A stretch of DNA of 30,473 bases, from positions 1-30,473 of IMG/VR virus record IMGVR_UViG_3300012942_000105; one strand, written 5' to 3'. The notes under the pieces were generated by a model. It saw nothing but the letters and a program-made list of their open reading frames with translations, was not told where the DNA came from and made no database searches. Source of the stretch: a virus (taxonomy: Duplodnaviria; Caudoviricetes). The translations under genes and the position numbers were made by a program. Shown here in pieces: positions 1-9,952 of the stretch (its first letter is position 1; each line of letters starts with the position of its first letter).

Positions 1-2342
1 ATGAATGCACCCTCGACATCGTCATATTCCAAACGGGTAATGAGTTCATCAACTGGGTAACCCGAAGTATCGAATGTCTGAAGATGAACGATCGCATTCT
101 GATCAGGGTTGATATTCTTCAATACCTTGTAGGTGTATGGAACATCTGGAATATCATCCCCATTACGGTCATTGAATCTGACCTTAACCTTACTAGGATC
201 CTGGAAACCATCAGGATAGAGGAAGGCATCTTCCAATTTGAGAACTAGATCCGTGCTCAGGGGCGCCTGTAGCGTATTATCAGAATGGTAGAGGCGTAGG
301 CCTTTGAAATTGTTAGGGGCCTTAAGGATAGAGATCGTATCCGAACCAGCCCTACCAGTGTTAGGATCAATGGATTTGTACTCGGAGACGAAGTAGAACT
401 TACAGTCTTGCTCTGACTCGAAGACGTAGTAGAGACCGCGAGTGGTGATCCTCCAGAAGTTGCTGTTGTATTGGCAATAGATCAACCAGCTATGTGGGCC
501 CATTCCCGTTCCATCAACCTCATACTGGGCCGTAAGATCAGGATCTACATCACTACTCTGAAGCACATACCAACCCTTATCCGCATCATTGTTGAAACCA
601 AGAGCGAAGGTGCGATTGAGGTCTAGGTTATCCTGAACAGCTCTCTTGACTTGGCTCGTGAGGTCATACTCAACCGTGAAGTTATTCTCGATATCAATCT
701 GGTTGTCAGGCTGTAAACGGTAGAGGTAGTTGGAGAAGAAGTCTCGTAGAGGCACGCTAGCAGCGGCATCACTGAGGTAGGTATTCATAATCTCCTCAGT
801 AGTGGTCGTCAGGGGATTCACTTCGATGGAATCCGATGATTCCTCGAGGTAAAACGCGCCGTCATCAGCAAACACATTGGTATTCTGGTAATTGCCCGTT
901 GGATCATTGAGATCAATGAATCGGCTCTGACCACTGTAGATGCGATTCACAGCCTTGAGCTTTACCGCTAGATTGGTTTGAACGGGTAGTTCATTGTAAT
1001 CCGAACCACTAACCATTCGACCCTGGGTACCATAAACCTTTGACGCCCTTCGACGAACCTCAGTATTGGATTCCGCAGGAACACCGTTGTTGACGGTCTC
1101 TTGGAGGTTGAAACTGAGGTTGATCCTCTTCTGAGCGTTATTGGGTGCGTAGAACGGAACATTGATGGCCACACCCTGCATATCCTCAGGGCGGATCGTT
1201 AGGTTCTCCCCCGACGATACTCGATACCAAACTCGAAGGTTACCAACTGGAGATTTACCAAAACGACCATCACCAAACCTCAAGGAGATCTGATCATTTT
1301 CCTGTGTAGTAACCTGGTAGATCGTCTGGATCTCTGGATCGATATTGTTGTAGGTCACATTCTCCGTGGTCAGAAGAATCTTCGTGATATCATCGGTTGG
1401 CACATAGCCAACCCTCGACCAATCACCATCGGATAGAACCGATCCAAGATCATCAACACTCTGAACCCACACATCAGTTTCATTGATGTTGTTTACTGCG
1501 ACGGAGATCGTTCGGTTCTCAATAGGTTCAGTGATACCAAAATCCTGTTTCTCCAAAGTGCCCTGCTTGAAGTAAACGAAGAAGCCGGTATTGGCTGAGC
1601 TATTGCCGTTGCCATCAGACCTGTAGATGATATGGAACGGAGCACTTGGATTTGGGGTCTGCTCAACGAATCCATAAGTCGCATTGAAGTCAGCATTACA
1701 GACATCGAAGGAATACGTCTGGTTGTTGACGATCGTGCTGAATGGAAAATTACCAGCGGAGATTGCGATGTTGTTGAAACGATAGAGCTGAGTCTGAATG
1801 CCATCCAGACTTTCAGTCTTCAAAGGCACACCAAAAGGGTTAGTCGAAATCAGGCTTGCATTCAAGACCTGGATCCACTGCTCAAACCAATCGGCATTGT
1901 TTGGATCATCCCAGCGAATCGCTAGATTGTTGAGGTTTCTACCAGCCGAATCATAGACATCATGCGTCGTACGAATCTCAGTTAGCTTCGCAAGGCCTCG
2001 AGCTGGATAGTTACGCTTTGCGTTATATGAGAGTGATCGAGCGAGACGCAGGATGGATTCACGACGCCTCGCCACATCGAGAAAGTTCTCACGCGCGTTG
2101 ATGTCAGTTCTGAAAGCCAGGCTCTGGCCCAGGTAGGATAGCAGATCAATGATGGCTACGAATTCCGATGACTCAATCCAGTCGTTGAAATCCTCAGGAT
2201 AGTTACGACGGATGTAATCAACCATTGCCTGACGGATAGTCGAGAAATCGAAGGCGTTGAGGTTGACCTCAGTGAACGCACGATAGGCGGCCAGCCAGTC
2301 GTTACCGGCAAACAACTCACTCTGGCGTTGTGACTGACTCAT
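1..2342 (-). CDS. gp6: Baseplate wedge subunit, T4 gp6-like (3' part runs off the window; absent from ORF track)
   Basis: Manual translation from ATG at 2342: MSQSQRQSELFAGNDWLAAYRAFTEVNLNAFDFSTIRQAMVDYIRRNYPEDFNDWIESSEFVAIIDLLSYLGQSLAFRTDINARENFLDVARRRESILRLARSLSY, the typical gp6 N-terminus. It directly follows the gp25-like gene. Confidence 0.88.
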   Translation of the reverse strand, partial: MSQSQRQSELFAGNDWLAAYRAFTEVNLNAFDFSTIRQAMVDYIRRNYPEDFNDWIESSEFVAIIDLLSYLGQSLAFRTDINARENFLDVARRRESILRLARSLSYNAKRNYPARGLAKLTEIRTTHDVYDSAGRNLNNLAIRWDDPNNADWFEQWIQVLNASLISTNPFGVPLKTESLDGIQTQLYRFNNIAISAGNFPFSTIVNNQTYSFDVCNADFNATYGFVEQTPNPSAPFHIIYRSDGNGNSSANTGFFVYFKQGTLEKQDFGITEPIENRTISVAVNNINETDVWVQSVDDLGSVLSDGDWSRVGYVPTDDITKILLTTENVTYNNIDPEIQTIYQVTTQENDQISLRFGDGRFGKSPVGNLRVWYRVSSGENLTIRPEDMQGVAINVPFYAPNNAQKRINLSFNLQETVNNGVPAESNTEVRRRASKVYGTQGRMVSGSDYNELPVQTNLAVKLKAVNRIYSGQSRFIDLNDPTGNYQNTNVFADDGAFYLEESSDSIEVNPLTTTTEEIMNTYLSDAAASVPLRDFFSNYLYRLQPDNQIDIENNFTVEYDLTSQVKRAVQDNLDLNRTFALGFNNDADKGWYVLQSSDVDPDLTAQYEVDGTGMGPHSWLIYCQYNSNFWRITTRGLYYVFESEQDCKFYFVSEYKSIDPNTGRAGSDTISILKAPNNFKGLRLYHSDNTLQAPLSTDLVLKLEDAFLYPDGFQDPSKVKVRFNDRNGDDIPDVPYTYKVLKNINPDQNAIVHLQTFDTSGYPVDELITRLEYDDVEGAF

Positions 2343-2344
2343 TC

Positions 2345-2728
2345 TTAAATCCTCTCAAGAGAGCGGCGATCAAACTCCAAAGAGAATGTACCCACTACGT
2401 CAAAGGGTACATACTTGAGCTCAATAGCAACCATGATACCATGGATAGATGTTGAAACATTGGTGCTCTGGAGGATAACTCTTGGATCATGACCCACAAT
2501 ACGAGTCACATCACTAACTACGGCTGCTTTGGTCGAATCAGTGAATGGTTCAAAGAGAAGATCCCAGATAATGGTTCCATAGGTTGGAAGCATTACTCGC
2601 TCACCCTTACGGGTCATAAATTCATTGAGTAGGTCGCGCTTAACTAGATCAATATCACTCACTGACCAGCCGCGCTTGCCCTGCATATCCTGAGTACTGA
2701 AACCAATGAAAAGCCTGCGCTGAGCCAT
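2345..2728 (-). CDS. gp25: Baseplate wedge protein, gp25/GPW-like
   Basis: DLVKRDLLNEFMTRKGERVMLPTYGTIIWDLLFEP and DPRV motifs of the GPW_gp25 family. Start moved to ATG 2728, which follows a GGAGGTGA RBS. Confidence 0.9.
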   Translation of the reverse strand: MAQRRLFIGFSTQDMQGKRGWSVSDIDLVKRDLLNEFMTRKGERVMLPTYGTIIWDLLFEPFTDSTKAAVVSDVTRIVGHDPRVILQSTNVSTSIHGIMVAIELKYVPFDVVGTFSLEFDRRSLERI

Positions 2729-2748
2729 TCTCACCTCCAATGTATGCT

Positions 2749-2754
2749 TATTTA
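2749..2754 (-). promoter_or_regulatory. Late promoter (TAAATA box) for gp25-gp6
   Basis: TAAATA 20 nt upstream of the start codon; resembles the T4 gp55-dependent TATAAATA box and recurs before other structural genes. Confidence 0.7.
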
Positions 2755-2795
2755 TTGCCCCTATTAACCACCGAGATAACTACGATTGTTGGATA

Positions 2796-2823
2796 TTGAC
2801 ATTCAGGTAACAGGTAGTACAAA
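2796..2823 (+). promoter_or_regulatory. Sigma70-like early/middle promoter
   Basis: TTGACA-N16-TACAAA immediately upstream of ORF 2833. Confidence 0.5.
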
Positions 2824-2832
2824 GTAGGAAAT

Positions 2833-3072
2833 ATGGAGAATTCAGGTGATGACGATCCCAAGACGATTGAGGATCGTAAGAAATTCGAGAGTATCGCTAA
2901 GGTAACAACTCACCCTATCATCGTTAAAGGATCTAGGGGTAAGAGAACCCTGAAGGCACCTGCTCTAAAGAGCCCTGACGAGCTCAATCCCAAATGGCAT
3001 GAAGATCCAGAAGAGCTTCTAGCTTCCAAGAAAGCGGCTGCTCGCCAAGAGAAGCGCGATTCCAAATCATAA
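2833..3072 (+). CDS. Hypothetical small charged protein
   Basis: 79-aa ORF filling the gap, with AGGA RBS and upstream promoter; no recognisable motif. Confidence 0.6.
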   Translation: MENSGDDDPKTIEDRKKFESIAKVTTHPIIVKGSRGKRTLKAPALKSPDELNPKWHEDPEELLASKKAAARQEKRDSKS

Positions 3073-3107
3073 AATACGAGCCAGTAAACTGGTCGAGAAA
3101 TGAACGT

Positions 3108-3713
3108 ATGGGTGGTAAACCAGAAATCTATTGTATGACTGACATCGAGGCTGATGGCAAATGCCCTGGCCTCTCGAGTATGCTTAGCTTCGCTACAGCG
3201 GCCTTTGATGTCGAGAAGAACCTTGTGGGGACGTTTGAAGCTAATTTGGAATTACTCGAAGGTGCTTCTCCAACTGAAGACACAACCAGGTTCTGGAATG
3301 AAAGCGAAGCTAACAAGCGAGCCTATCGAGCTACTCGACAGAATGTACAAGATCCAGCACTTGCGATGACCAGGTATGCTGCCTGGTTACAAGCTCTCCC
3401 TGGTCAGCCCATCTTTGTCGGTTACCCAGCGGTCTATGACTTCAAATGGATTGACTACTACTGTGTGAAGTTCCTAGGCAGTAATCCATTCAGCTTTAGC
3501 CGTGCCGTAGATGTCAAGAGTTATGCTTGGGCCGTTCTTGGAAGGCATTTCCAATCCTGTAGCAAACGCACAATGCCCAAGCATTGGTTTGATAATCTTC
3601 CCCACACGCATGTGGCCATCGACGATGCCATTGAGCAAGGCGCCATGTTTATCAACATGATGCGCGAAACGCGAGGAATGCCAGCCATTAAGGGTATTCC
3701 AAACCGAGCATAA
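3108..3713 (+). CDS. DEDDh 3'-5' exonuclease (Rv2179c/DUF5051-like)
   Basis: ExoI TDIEADG, ExoII YDFKWI and ExoIII HVAIDDAIEQG motifs. Confidence 0.85.
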   Translation: MGGKPEIYCMTDIEADGKCPGLSSMLSFATAAFDVEKNLVGTFEANLELLEGASPTEDTTRFWNESEANKRAYRATRQNVQDPALAMTRYAAWLQALPGQPIFVGYPAVYDFKWIDYYCVKFLGSNPFSFSRAVDVKSYAWAVLGRHFQSCSKRTMPKHWFDNLPHTHVAIDDAIEQGAMFINMMRETRGMPAIKGIPNRA

Positions 3714-3735
3714 TGAAGGGCCATATGGCCCTTCA
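3714..3735. terminator. Perfect 22-bp palindrome between convergent genes; possible bidirectional terminator
   Basis: TGAAGGGCCATATGGCCCTTCA fills the space between the stop codons ending at 3713 and starting at 3737; no U-tract. Confidence 0.55.
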
Positions 3736-3736
3736 C

Positions 3737-5614
3737 TCATTTCTGATCCCCTGCTTTCATAGCCTTACCAGTAGCAAATGGAATGACCTGTGCTGGATTG
3801 ATAGGCGAACCACCCTGTCGCACCTCGAAATGTAGGTGAGGCCCAGTTACTCTGCCAGTCGCTCCAACCTTACCAATCTGCTGCATTTGTGTTACCGTCT
3901 GGCCCTTCTTTACCAAGATAGCGCTCTGGTGAGCATAAAGAGTTGACATGCCGTTGCCATGATCAACGATCGTACAATTACCATAACCACCCTTAGTTCC
4001 AGCGAAAGTTACTGTGCCTGCTTTTGAAGCATAGATCGGAGTGCCTACTGGTGTGCTGCGGATATCAACGCCAGTATGCATCTTCTTCACCTTGAGCACT
4101 GGATGGATACGATATCCAAAGGGTGAACCACCCACACCGCTGACGGGGCAACAGAATTTGGTTCCATCATCCGGAATGACTGCTGGCTGAGTATCATCCA
4201 CCTCACCACCCTGGCCTTCCTCTTCAACGCTATCCGTGCCTTCTCCTCCACTACTGGAACTCGAATCAGAGCTGCTAGCCATACTGGCTGCTGGGCTTTT
4301 GGTGCCAGGATGACCATTATAAGGCTCGTGCGTTGGCATCCTGGAACAAATACTCATCGTGCTGCTATCTGGATAGCCAGCACTTGGATCGAGGTCTCGA
4401 TCAGCTAGGCGTGTTGGTTTCGGGCCTTGTGCTTCGGCTGCCTTAGTTGCCGTGGGGCCATTACCACCATTTTGTTGAATCTGAGCACCTTTGAGGAATA
4501 GGTTGCCGCCTGCGGTGATACCACATACACCGCCTGACTCCAAGGCAATCGTTCCACCGGCTTTGGTGCTCATGTTGCCACTTGATGTGATGTTTGCGGC
4601 GCCCTTACTCAAAAGGTTCATATCACCGGCAGCACTGATATTGCAGGCCGCCCCAGTAAGAACCTCTAGATTCTTACCAAATTGCATTGACCCACCACCA
4701 GCACCATAGGCATTCCATGATTTGATGGCATTCATATTGATCTGACCATCTGCATGTAGATTCAGATCGCCCTGGCTCCTCAGGCTGATACTCTTGGCGG
4801 AATAGGCATCAATACCATCATCACTAACCTCGAGCCAGCTATTGCCGTTACCAGATATGAAATACACATACCCCGTGGCATCATTGATATAGACCTGCGC
4901 ACCAGTCTTGGTGCGAATGCGAATCGACGAATCGTTACCGTCATCAAAGACCAGCTGATGACCACCAGGGCTCTTAAAGCCATAGACATTGCTGATCTCA
5001 TCACGGCGTGCACCAGCATCTGTTGGGCCTCTACTGGTATCCTCGTAAAGGCCTTGCGCTTGTAAACCATCATGAAGTGGATCAAAGCGAGCTCTTGTGT
5101 GGTTATCCGAATTTGGTACGTTTGGGTCCCAGCGGTTGTATTCTGCTACTGGTGGATTGGCACCATCCACGCCAGGATCGTAGGAATTGTTGGTTGGAAT
5201 ACCTGGAACCATGTGGTTCATAAAGCTCTGGTAGAGCCCGCCAATGTAGATTCCACGGTTAGGGTCACCATTGATAAACATGACCACAACCTCGTTCTCA
5301 AGGTCGGGTGGCACGGCCCACCAACCATATGATTGCTGAGTATCGGCGAGCTTCTTACCCTGCTTGGTGTTACTTTTCGGATTAGTCGCGCCAGCGAATG
5401 GTGAGCAATATTGAACGGTGAGCCATGACAACTCATCATCTGGATTTGAACTCAATTCAGGAATCCAGACTTGGAGGCGACCTAGTTTGAAGGCATCCTG
5501 GTTGTTCTTGACGTAACCAATGTAAGCCTGGTTGAGGAGGTTGATGCGGCCACCTGGATCCTGTTGATATCCACGTGGAGTTCTAAATGAACGACCAAAG
5601 CTACGACTAGACAT
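3737..5614 (-). CDS. gp5: Baseplate central spike, gp5-like, with C-terminal M23 peptidase
   Basis: N-terminal gp5 OB-fold motifs (KLGRLQVWIPEL, SYGWWAVPPDLENEVVVMF), Gly/Ser/Asn beta-helix repeats and a PTHEPY motif. These are followed by M23 zinc motifs HTGVD, YAH and TGPHLHFEVR. Confidence 0.85.
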   Translation of the reverse strand: MSSRSFGRSFRTPRGYQQDPGGRINLLNQAYIGYVKNNQDAFKLGRLQVWIPELSSNPDDELSWLTVQYCSPFAGATNPKSNTKQGKKLADTQQSYGWWAVPPDLENEVVVMFINGDPNRGIYIGGLYQSFMNHMVPGIPTNNSYDPGVDGANPPVAEYNRWDPNVPNSDNHTRARFDPLHDGLQAQGLYEDTSRGPTDAGARRDEISNVYGFKSPGGHQLVFDDGNDSSIRIRTKTGAQVYINDATGYVYFISGNGNSWLEVSDDGIDAYSAKSISLRSQGDLNLHADGQINMNAIKSWNAYGAGGGSMQFGKNLEVLTGAACNISAAGDMNLLSKGAANITSSGNMSTKAGGTIALESGGVCGITAGGNLFLKGAQIQQNGGNGPTATKAAEAQGPKPTRLADRDLDPSAGYPDSSTMSICSRMPTHEPYNGHPGTKSPAASMASSSDSSSSSGGEGTDSVEEEGQGGEVDDTQPAVIPDDGTKFCCPVSGVGGSPFGYRIHPVLKVKKMHTGVDIRSTPVGTPIYASKAGTVTFAGTKGGYGNCTIVDHGNGMSTLYAHQSAILVKKGQTVTQMQQIGKVGATGRVTGPHLHFEVRQGGSPINPAQVIPFATGKAMKAGDQK

Positions 5615-5616
5615 TG

Positions 5617-8517
5617 TTATTCCTTAATCGAGGTAGCACCAAATGCCGCCCAGGTTTGTGATAGTTGTGATGGGTTTCCCCGAACCTTATTCCAGAGGTT
5701 CTCAGCCAAGGCATCTTGTGTCGCAGGGCTGAATGTCACATTCCTCCAATTGCTACCATAAACATCACGAGCGTTCTCAGCCAGTGTGCCGCTAACAAAC
5801 TGATACGCACCAACCGCAGAGGAAGATTGGTTGCCATCGAAACCACTAGTTGCAGGAATCATCACTGACTTCTGGTAATCGTAGACCTGACCCATAGTCA
5901 TGCTCGTAAGGTTCTGTTGTGTCAGACCCGCAGCATTACTGGTAGGAGAGGTGTTGTAAACTAGGGTGTTGTAACCACCTAGATGTGGAGTGCCTTCAGC
6001 TGATTGAATATTGGCCTTAACTGCCGAGAATGGTGTATTAGCCTGACCATATGGAGAAAGTTTGTTGTTTGCCTTGAAGGTAGGTTGCGATGTGCCAGTG
6101 GATTGACCAGTTGTTTGTGGCCCACTTGACGCAGGGCTATTGGTCATTGACGGGCTCTCATCAACGGTGGAGACACGCCCTTCGATGATATCTTCGAAAC
6201 TCCAACCAGGCACGCGATACGCACTAATATCCTGTGTGAATTGACCTCCGGAGAATCTGTTGGTCACCATGTTACAGGCGTAGAACCCAGTGAAGATATC
6301 GCTGTTGCCACCACTACCCTTTGATGTATTCGCGTTATCACCAGAACCGGTAGCTGGTGCCGAATTGGGTGATTCATCGGCAGGAAGCGAAACACTTCCT
6401 GTCTCACTATCGTATCCTTGAGGTAGCTTGAATTTGAATACGAACATGTGCTCACCATTGAACTGATTGATCTTATCATCAGTGCTTGGTGAATCAAATG
6501 GTTCACCCGAGTTACCCGGACCTAACCAATAAGGGTCACCCTTAATCTGGAGGTCTATAGTTTGAAGGTTTGCATCTATAGAGCCATAGAGCTGATTCAG
6601 AAGAGTGCCATAGACAGTCTTGTATGGATCGTTATCATTACTCGTTCCAGTGGTAGCTCTAGCACCAGGATTACCAGCATCCTGAGTGATAGTGATAGGC
6701 ATGAAGCTTTGACTACCCTGATCGGCACCCTGATATTCGGGGTGCTGAGCATTCTCATAAACTAGATCCTCACCATCAAGAATCGCGCCACTCTGGCCTG
6801 GTGGAAGTTTTCTTGGTGGAATGGAAGCCTTGGCCGCATCTTGGCTCTTACCAGCAATGGTTGCCAGTTGATCATTTTGGTTTTTGGCTGCATCATAGGC
6901 CGCCTTTAATGAGTCTCTCTGTGCCTGTTGATCAGCAGTTAGAGTTTGACCAGGTTGATCATACTCTGCCTCGAAATCTTCATAGGCCTGTCTCTTTTTC
7001 ACCATATCGTCATAAGCACTCGATGTATCTTGGCTCTGGCTAAATGCGTCTTTTGAAGGATCAATCTGAGCTGGGGTTCCAGTGAAAGTGAGTTTACCTT
7101 GAACTTTAGGTACAGAAACCGCCCAATTGAAATTGATGCTAATGTCAAATTTCAATACCTCGGTATTCATACCAGTGAAGATGTAATCATACTCTTTTCG
7201 AAGGAAGGCCTGTTGAACGGCGAATGATGCCTTCTGCTTGTTCAGTTTGGCGTTCTTATCAAAGTTCTTGGCCAGGCCCATTGACGTAAGGAGGCGCAGA
7301 GTCAAATAAGGTCTAATGATGTAGGTGATCTTACGGCTGTAATTGCCCTGAACTGGATTGTAGTCTTTGTATTCCACCTTCGAATCAACGCAATGCATGA
7401 TTGACATAACATCACGGATCTCTTTCTCATCATCGTCACCAACAGTAGGCGGTAATTCTCGAGAAAGCCTTGCCATTCTGATGGCCGTGTGGCAGTGAGC
7501 CAACACCATATCAACGATGGCGGGGAAGTCAGTACCAGAACTGAACTGACCACTTTGAGTTCCATAAGACGGATCAGTACCCTGGTTGGCAATAGTTGGA
7601 ATGCTAGATGACAACGGATGGTCAAACGGATTCTTGATTCCTACCTTGGTATCGAAGGGATAATCTCTAGCCTCAACGGCATATTCAATAAAAGGAACAG
7701 CGGTCTTACCATACTTCTCTGGTACATCGTTATTCATCGCGGTGATAACATTCTTGAGTGCTTCACCAACAGTATTACCAGTTGCTTTGGCCGTGCTAGG
7801 CAGGATACCATACTGGTTATCTAGAGCTGTTTCATTCAATGGTACAGCGGTAATAGTGTGCATGGATCCTGTTTCATTGATATCGGATTTAATGTCAATA
7901 AGGGTTAGCTGCCAGGTCCACTTGTCACCAATGTTAACCATATGACCTTCTTCATCATACCCCCAGAGTTTCAGCTGGAGAAACCAAGGGGCTTTCAGGT
8001 AGTTGTAAATCTGCTTGGTAACCGCAGCCTGGTAGAGAAGATCTGGAAGCATGGCTCCATAAGGCTCATAAATCCTTATGGTCACGTTGGTCGTCAGAGC
8101 ATTCTTGGTACGGATATTGGGGCCAATCACTGAATCAATGATCACTTCCTGGATATTCATACCAGTCAAACCAGTCTCGGCAATCACAAACTCATTACCC
8201 TTGCCTTGCTCTTGGAGATACTCACTATCAAGGTAGAAGGAGAAGTGATAGGATGGTTGGAACACCTCGCTCATCGCGTTCGGAACTGGTTCAAATCCAA
8301 CACTCTGAAGTACATCCTCACCCGTGCCATCACCATCTCGGATCATACCAGCATCTTGTTTGATGGAGGGTTGATCTGAGCTCTTGGCGTTAGGATCCTT
8401 AGTTCCTGCACTACTCGTAGTCTTGCCACCAAGATCCTCATCTTGCGATGGTGAGGCCACTGGGTTGGTGGTTTTCTTAGGTAGAGTTGCCGATGGGTCG
8501 TTGAAAACTACTGGCAT
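5617..8517 (-). CDS. Large baseplate hub/tail-associated protein with C-terminal lysozyme-like domain
   Basis: 966 aa in the baseplate operon, with an IKGDPYWL hub-like motif. The C-terminal SAEG..YNTLV..SMTMGQV..SSAVGAYQF..FSPATQD..LSQTWA resembles lambda-type lysozyme/lytic transglycosylase. Confidence 0.7.
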   Translation of the reverse strand: MPVVFNDPSATLPKKTTNPVASPSQDEDLGGKTTSSAGTKDPNAKSSDQPSIKQDAGMIRDGDGTGEDVLQSVGFEPVPNAMSEVFQPSYHFSFYLDSEYLQEQGKGNEFVIAETGLTGMNIQEVIIDSVIGPNIRTKNALTTNVTIRIYEPYGAMLPDLLYQAAVTKQIYNYLKAPWFLQLKLWGYDEEGHMVNIGDKWTWQLTLIDIKSDINETGSMHTITAVPLNETALDNQYGILPSTAKATGNTVGEALKNVITAMNNDVPEKYGKTAVPFIEYAVEARDYPFDTKVGIKNPFDHPLSSSIPTIANQGTDPSYGTQSGQFSSGTDFPAIVDMVLAHCHTAIRMARLSRELPPTVGDDDEKEIRDVMSIMHCVDSKVEYKDYNPVQGNYSRKITYIIRPYLTLRLLTSMGLAKNFDKNAKLNKQKASFAVQQAFLRKEYDYIFTGMNTEVLKFDISINFNWAVSVPKVQGKLTFTGTPAQIDPSKDAFSQSQDTSSAYDDMVKKRQAYEDFEAEYDQPGQTLTADQQAQRDSLKAAYDAAKNQNDQLATIAGKSQDAAKASIPPRKLPPGQSGAILDGEDLVYENAQHPEYQGADQGSQSFMPITITQDAGNPGARATTGTSNDNDPYKTVYGTLLNQLYGSIDANLQTIDLQIKGDPYWLGPGNSGEPFDSPSTDDKINQFNGEHMFVFKFKLPQGYDSETGSVSLPADESPNSAPATGSGDNANTSKGSGGNSDIFTGFYACNMVTNRFSGGQFTQDISAYRVPGWSFEDIIEGRVSTVDESPSMTNSPASSGPQTTGQSTGTSQPTFKANNKLSPYGQANTPFSAVKANIQSAEGTPHLGGYNTLVYNTSPTSNAAGLTQQNLTSMTMGQVYDYQKSVMIPATSGFDGNQSSSAVGAYQFVSGTLAENARDVYGSNWRNVTFSPATQDALAENLWNKVRGNPSQLSQTWAAFGATSIKE

Positions 8518-8828
8518 TAGGAGGCCTTAGAAAGTGCCGCAAGGCGATTCAAAGTGGGGATGTAGAGACTCATACCAGTCTTCATATCATAGATCGGGTC
8601 TTTGATCACATTCGGATTGATGATCATGAAAACCCACCAATAGTTAGGCGTGTTGTATTGATCATATGATAGTAGATCAGGGCGGTTCTCATACTTGTTA
8701 GCCAAAGATGGAATGAAAATATCCGTGCTATCTCGAGGAATAGACCGATACGTCAGATTACTCAGAAACCAACTGGTCTGTTGAGTGGTGTAATAGGGGC
8801 TTGTTGGGCCATATTTGACTATACTCAT
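8517..8828 (-). CDS. Baseplate wedge protein, gp53-like (LysM-like)
   Basis: YENRPDLLSYDQYNTPNYWWVFMIIN..IYIP motif. Start at 8828 overlaps the upstream stop (TAATG). Confidence 0.8.
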   Translation of the reverse strand: MSIVKYGPTSPYYTTQQTSWFLSNLTYRSIPRDSTDIFIPSLANKYENRPDLLSYDQYNTPNYWWVFMIINPNVIKDPIYDMKTGMSLYIPTLNRLAALSKAS

Positions 8829-9952
8829 TAGATCCATCCCTTACTGGCGGCGTTACCCGAACCATGGCCAAACATCTTACCATTCACGAAATCAGCCAGG
8901 TTGAAATCTTCTCGTTGCTGTTTCGGTGTCTGTTGAACCACACAAGTGATCGTCATGGTAGTCAGGCTTGGCACCCAGGCTACCGTTCCATCACTCATAG
9001 TTACCTCCAGGTAGTTCACATTGTTTGGCAGAGCCATCGAAAAATCTTGGAGGAGCACCGTGAGATCATTAAACATGAATTCACCATAACCACTTAAAAC
9101 GAGTGGCGGAGGTGGCAATCCAGCTGTGCCCTGCTTCCTTTCATATTCACCAAAGTGCATCTTGGTGGCACTACGGAAGAAATGCATACAGGCCAGTGTG
9201 TATCTCGCCTCATCAAGATTCTGAGCACTAAACTGACCTTCAATCTGAATCTGAACTGCTGGCGTGTTGGTATAGGTATAATAATCAGTATTCGCATGGG
9301 TGGGTGTCATCTGACTATAGTTCACCTTATGCGCCATCGTGATTGTTGGTGTATAGGGGAAGAACGCACCATTGGTCTCATTGAGCATATAGAGAACACT
9401 ATCCTTGTCACCAAAGAACGGATAGGTCGATCCAGTTTGCTCCTTTGGTCGGAGACGAACTCGCACGTCAATCTTGTGACCAGTTACCGTGATATCAGGC
9501 TGTGTTCCATCGGGTGGAGCATCTGTAGAACCAGGTGTCGCCGAGGCTGATGTAGTTTGGTCTGATTGACCAGTTAGATCAACGTCAGTCGATGAGTCTG
9601 AGTTGGTTGTTCCAGTAGAATTATCGGAATCATCAGCACTGGTGACACCTGCCGTAGTATTACCCTGGGTTTGTGATAAATTGGTTTGGGCCAATTCCAA
9701 AGTCTGTTGGGCTTGAACCGTATTTTGCTTAGCTTGAAGGTATTCTGGGCTATTAACCCCATGATTATCCTTGGCCAGATCCATGGATTCCTTGGCGGAG
9801 AAGTAGTCGCTCTGCGCAAAATTGAAGAGCGATTCAGCATTTTGCACATCTCTAGAACTCGCCGCAGATGTTGCGCCTTCGCTCTGACCCGAACCGCTAC
9901 TTACTGGAAGGAGTGGTGGTTTGGATGTGGAATCAATTGGGTTGCTCGCCAT
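8828..9952 (-). CDS. Baseplate/tail-tube initiator-like protein (gp48/gp54-like) with low-complexity N-terminal half
   Basis: FPYTPTIT..Y..Y..IQIEGQF and PPP.VLSGYG motifs of tube-fold baseplate proteins; lies before gp53-like. Confidence 0.6.
   Translation of the reverse strand: MASNPIDSTSKPPLLPVSSGSGQSEGATSAASSRDVQNAESLFNFAQSDYFSAKESMDLAKDNHGVNSPEYLQAKQNTVQAQQTLELAQTNLSQTQGNTTAGVTSADDSDNSTGTTNSDSSTDVDLTGQSDQTTSASATPGSTDAPPDGTQPDITVTGHKIDVRVRLRPKEQTGSTYPFFGDKDSVLYMLNETNGAFFPYTPTITMAHKVNYSQMTPTHANTDYYTYTNTPAVQIQIEGQFSAQNLDEARYTLACMHFFRSATKMHFGEYERKQGTAGLPPPPLVLSGYGEFMFNDLTVLLQDFSMALPNNVNYLEVTMSDGTVAWVPSLTTMTITCVVQQTPKQQREDFNLADFVNGKMFGHGSGNAASKGWI

Noticed and set aside
968-1925. Short ORFs within the first 2.3 kb, and similar nested ORFs elsewhere
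   Set aside because: They are alternative-frame or antisense overlaps of well-supported genes such as the gp6-like CDS.
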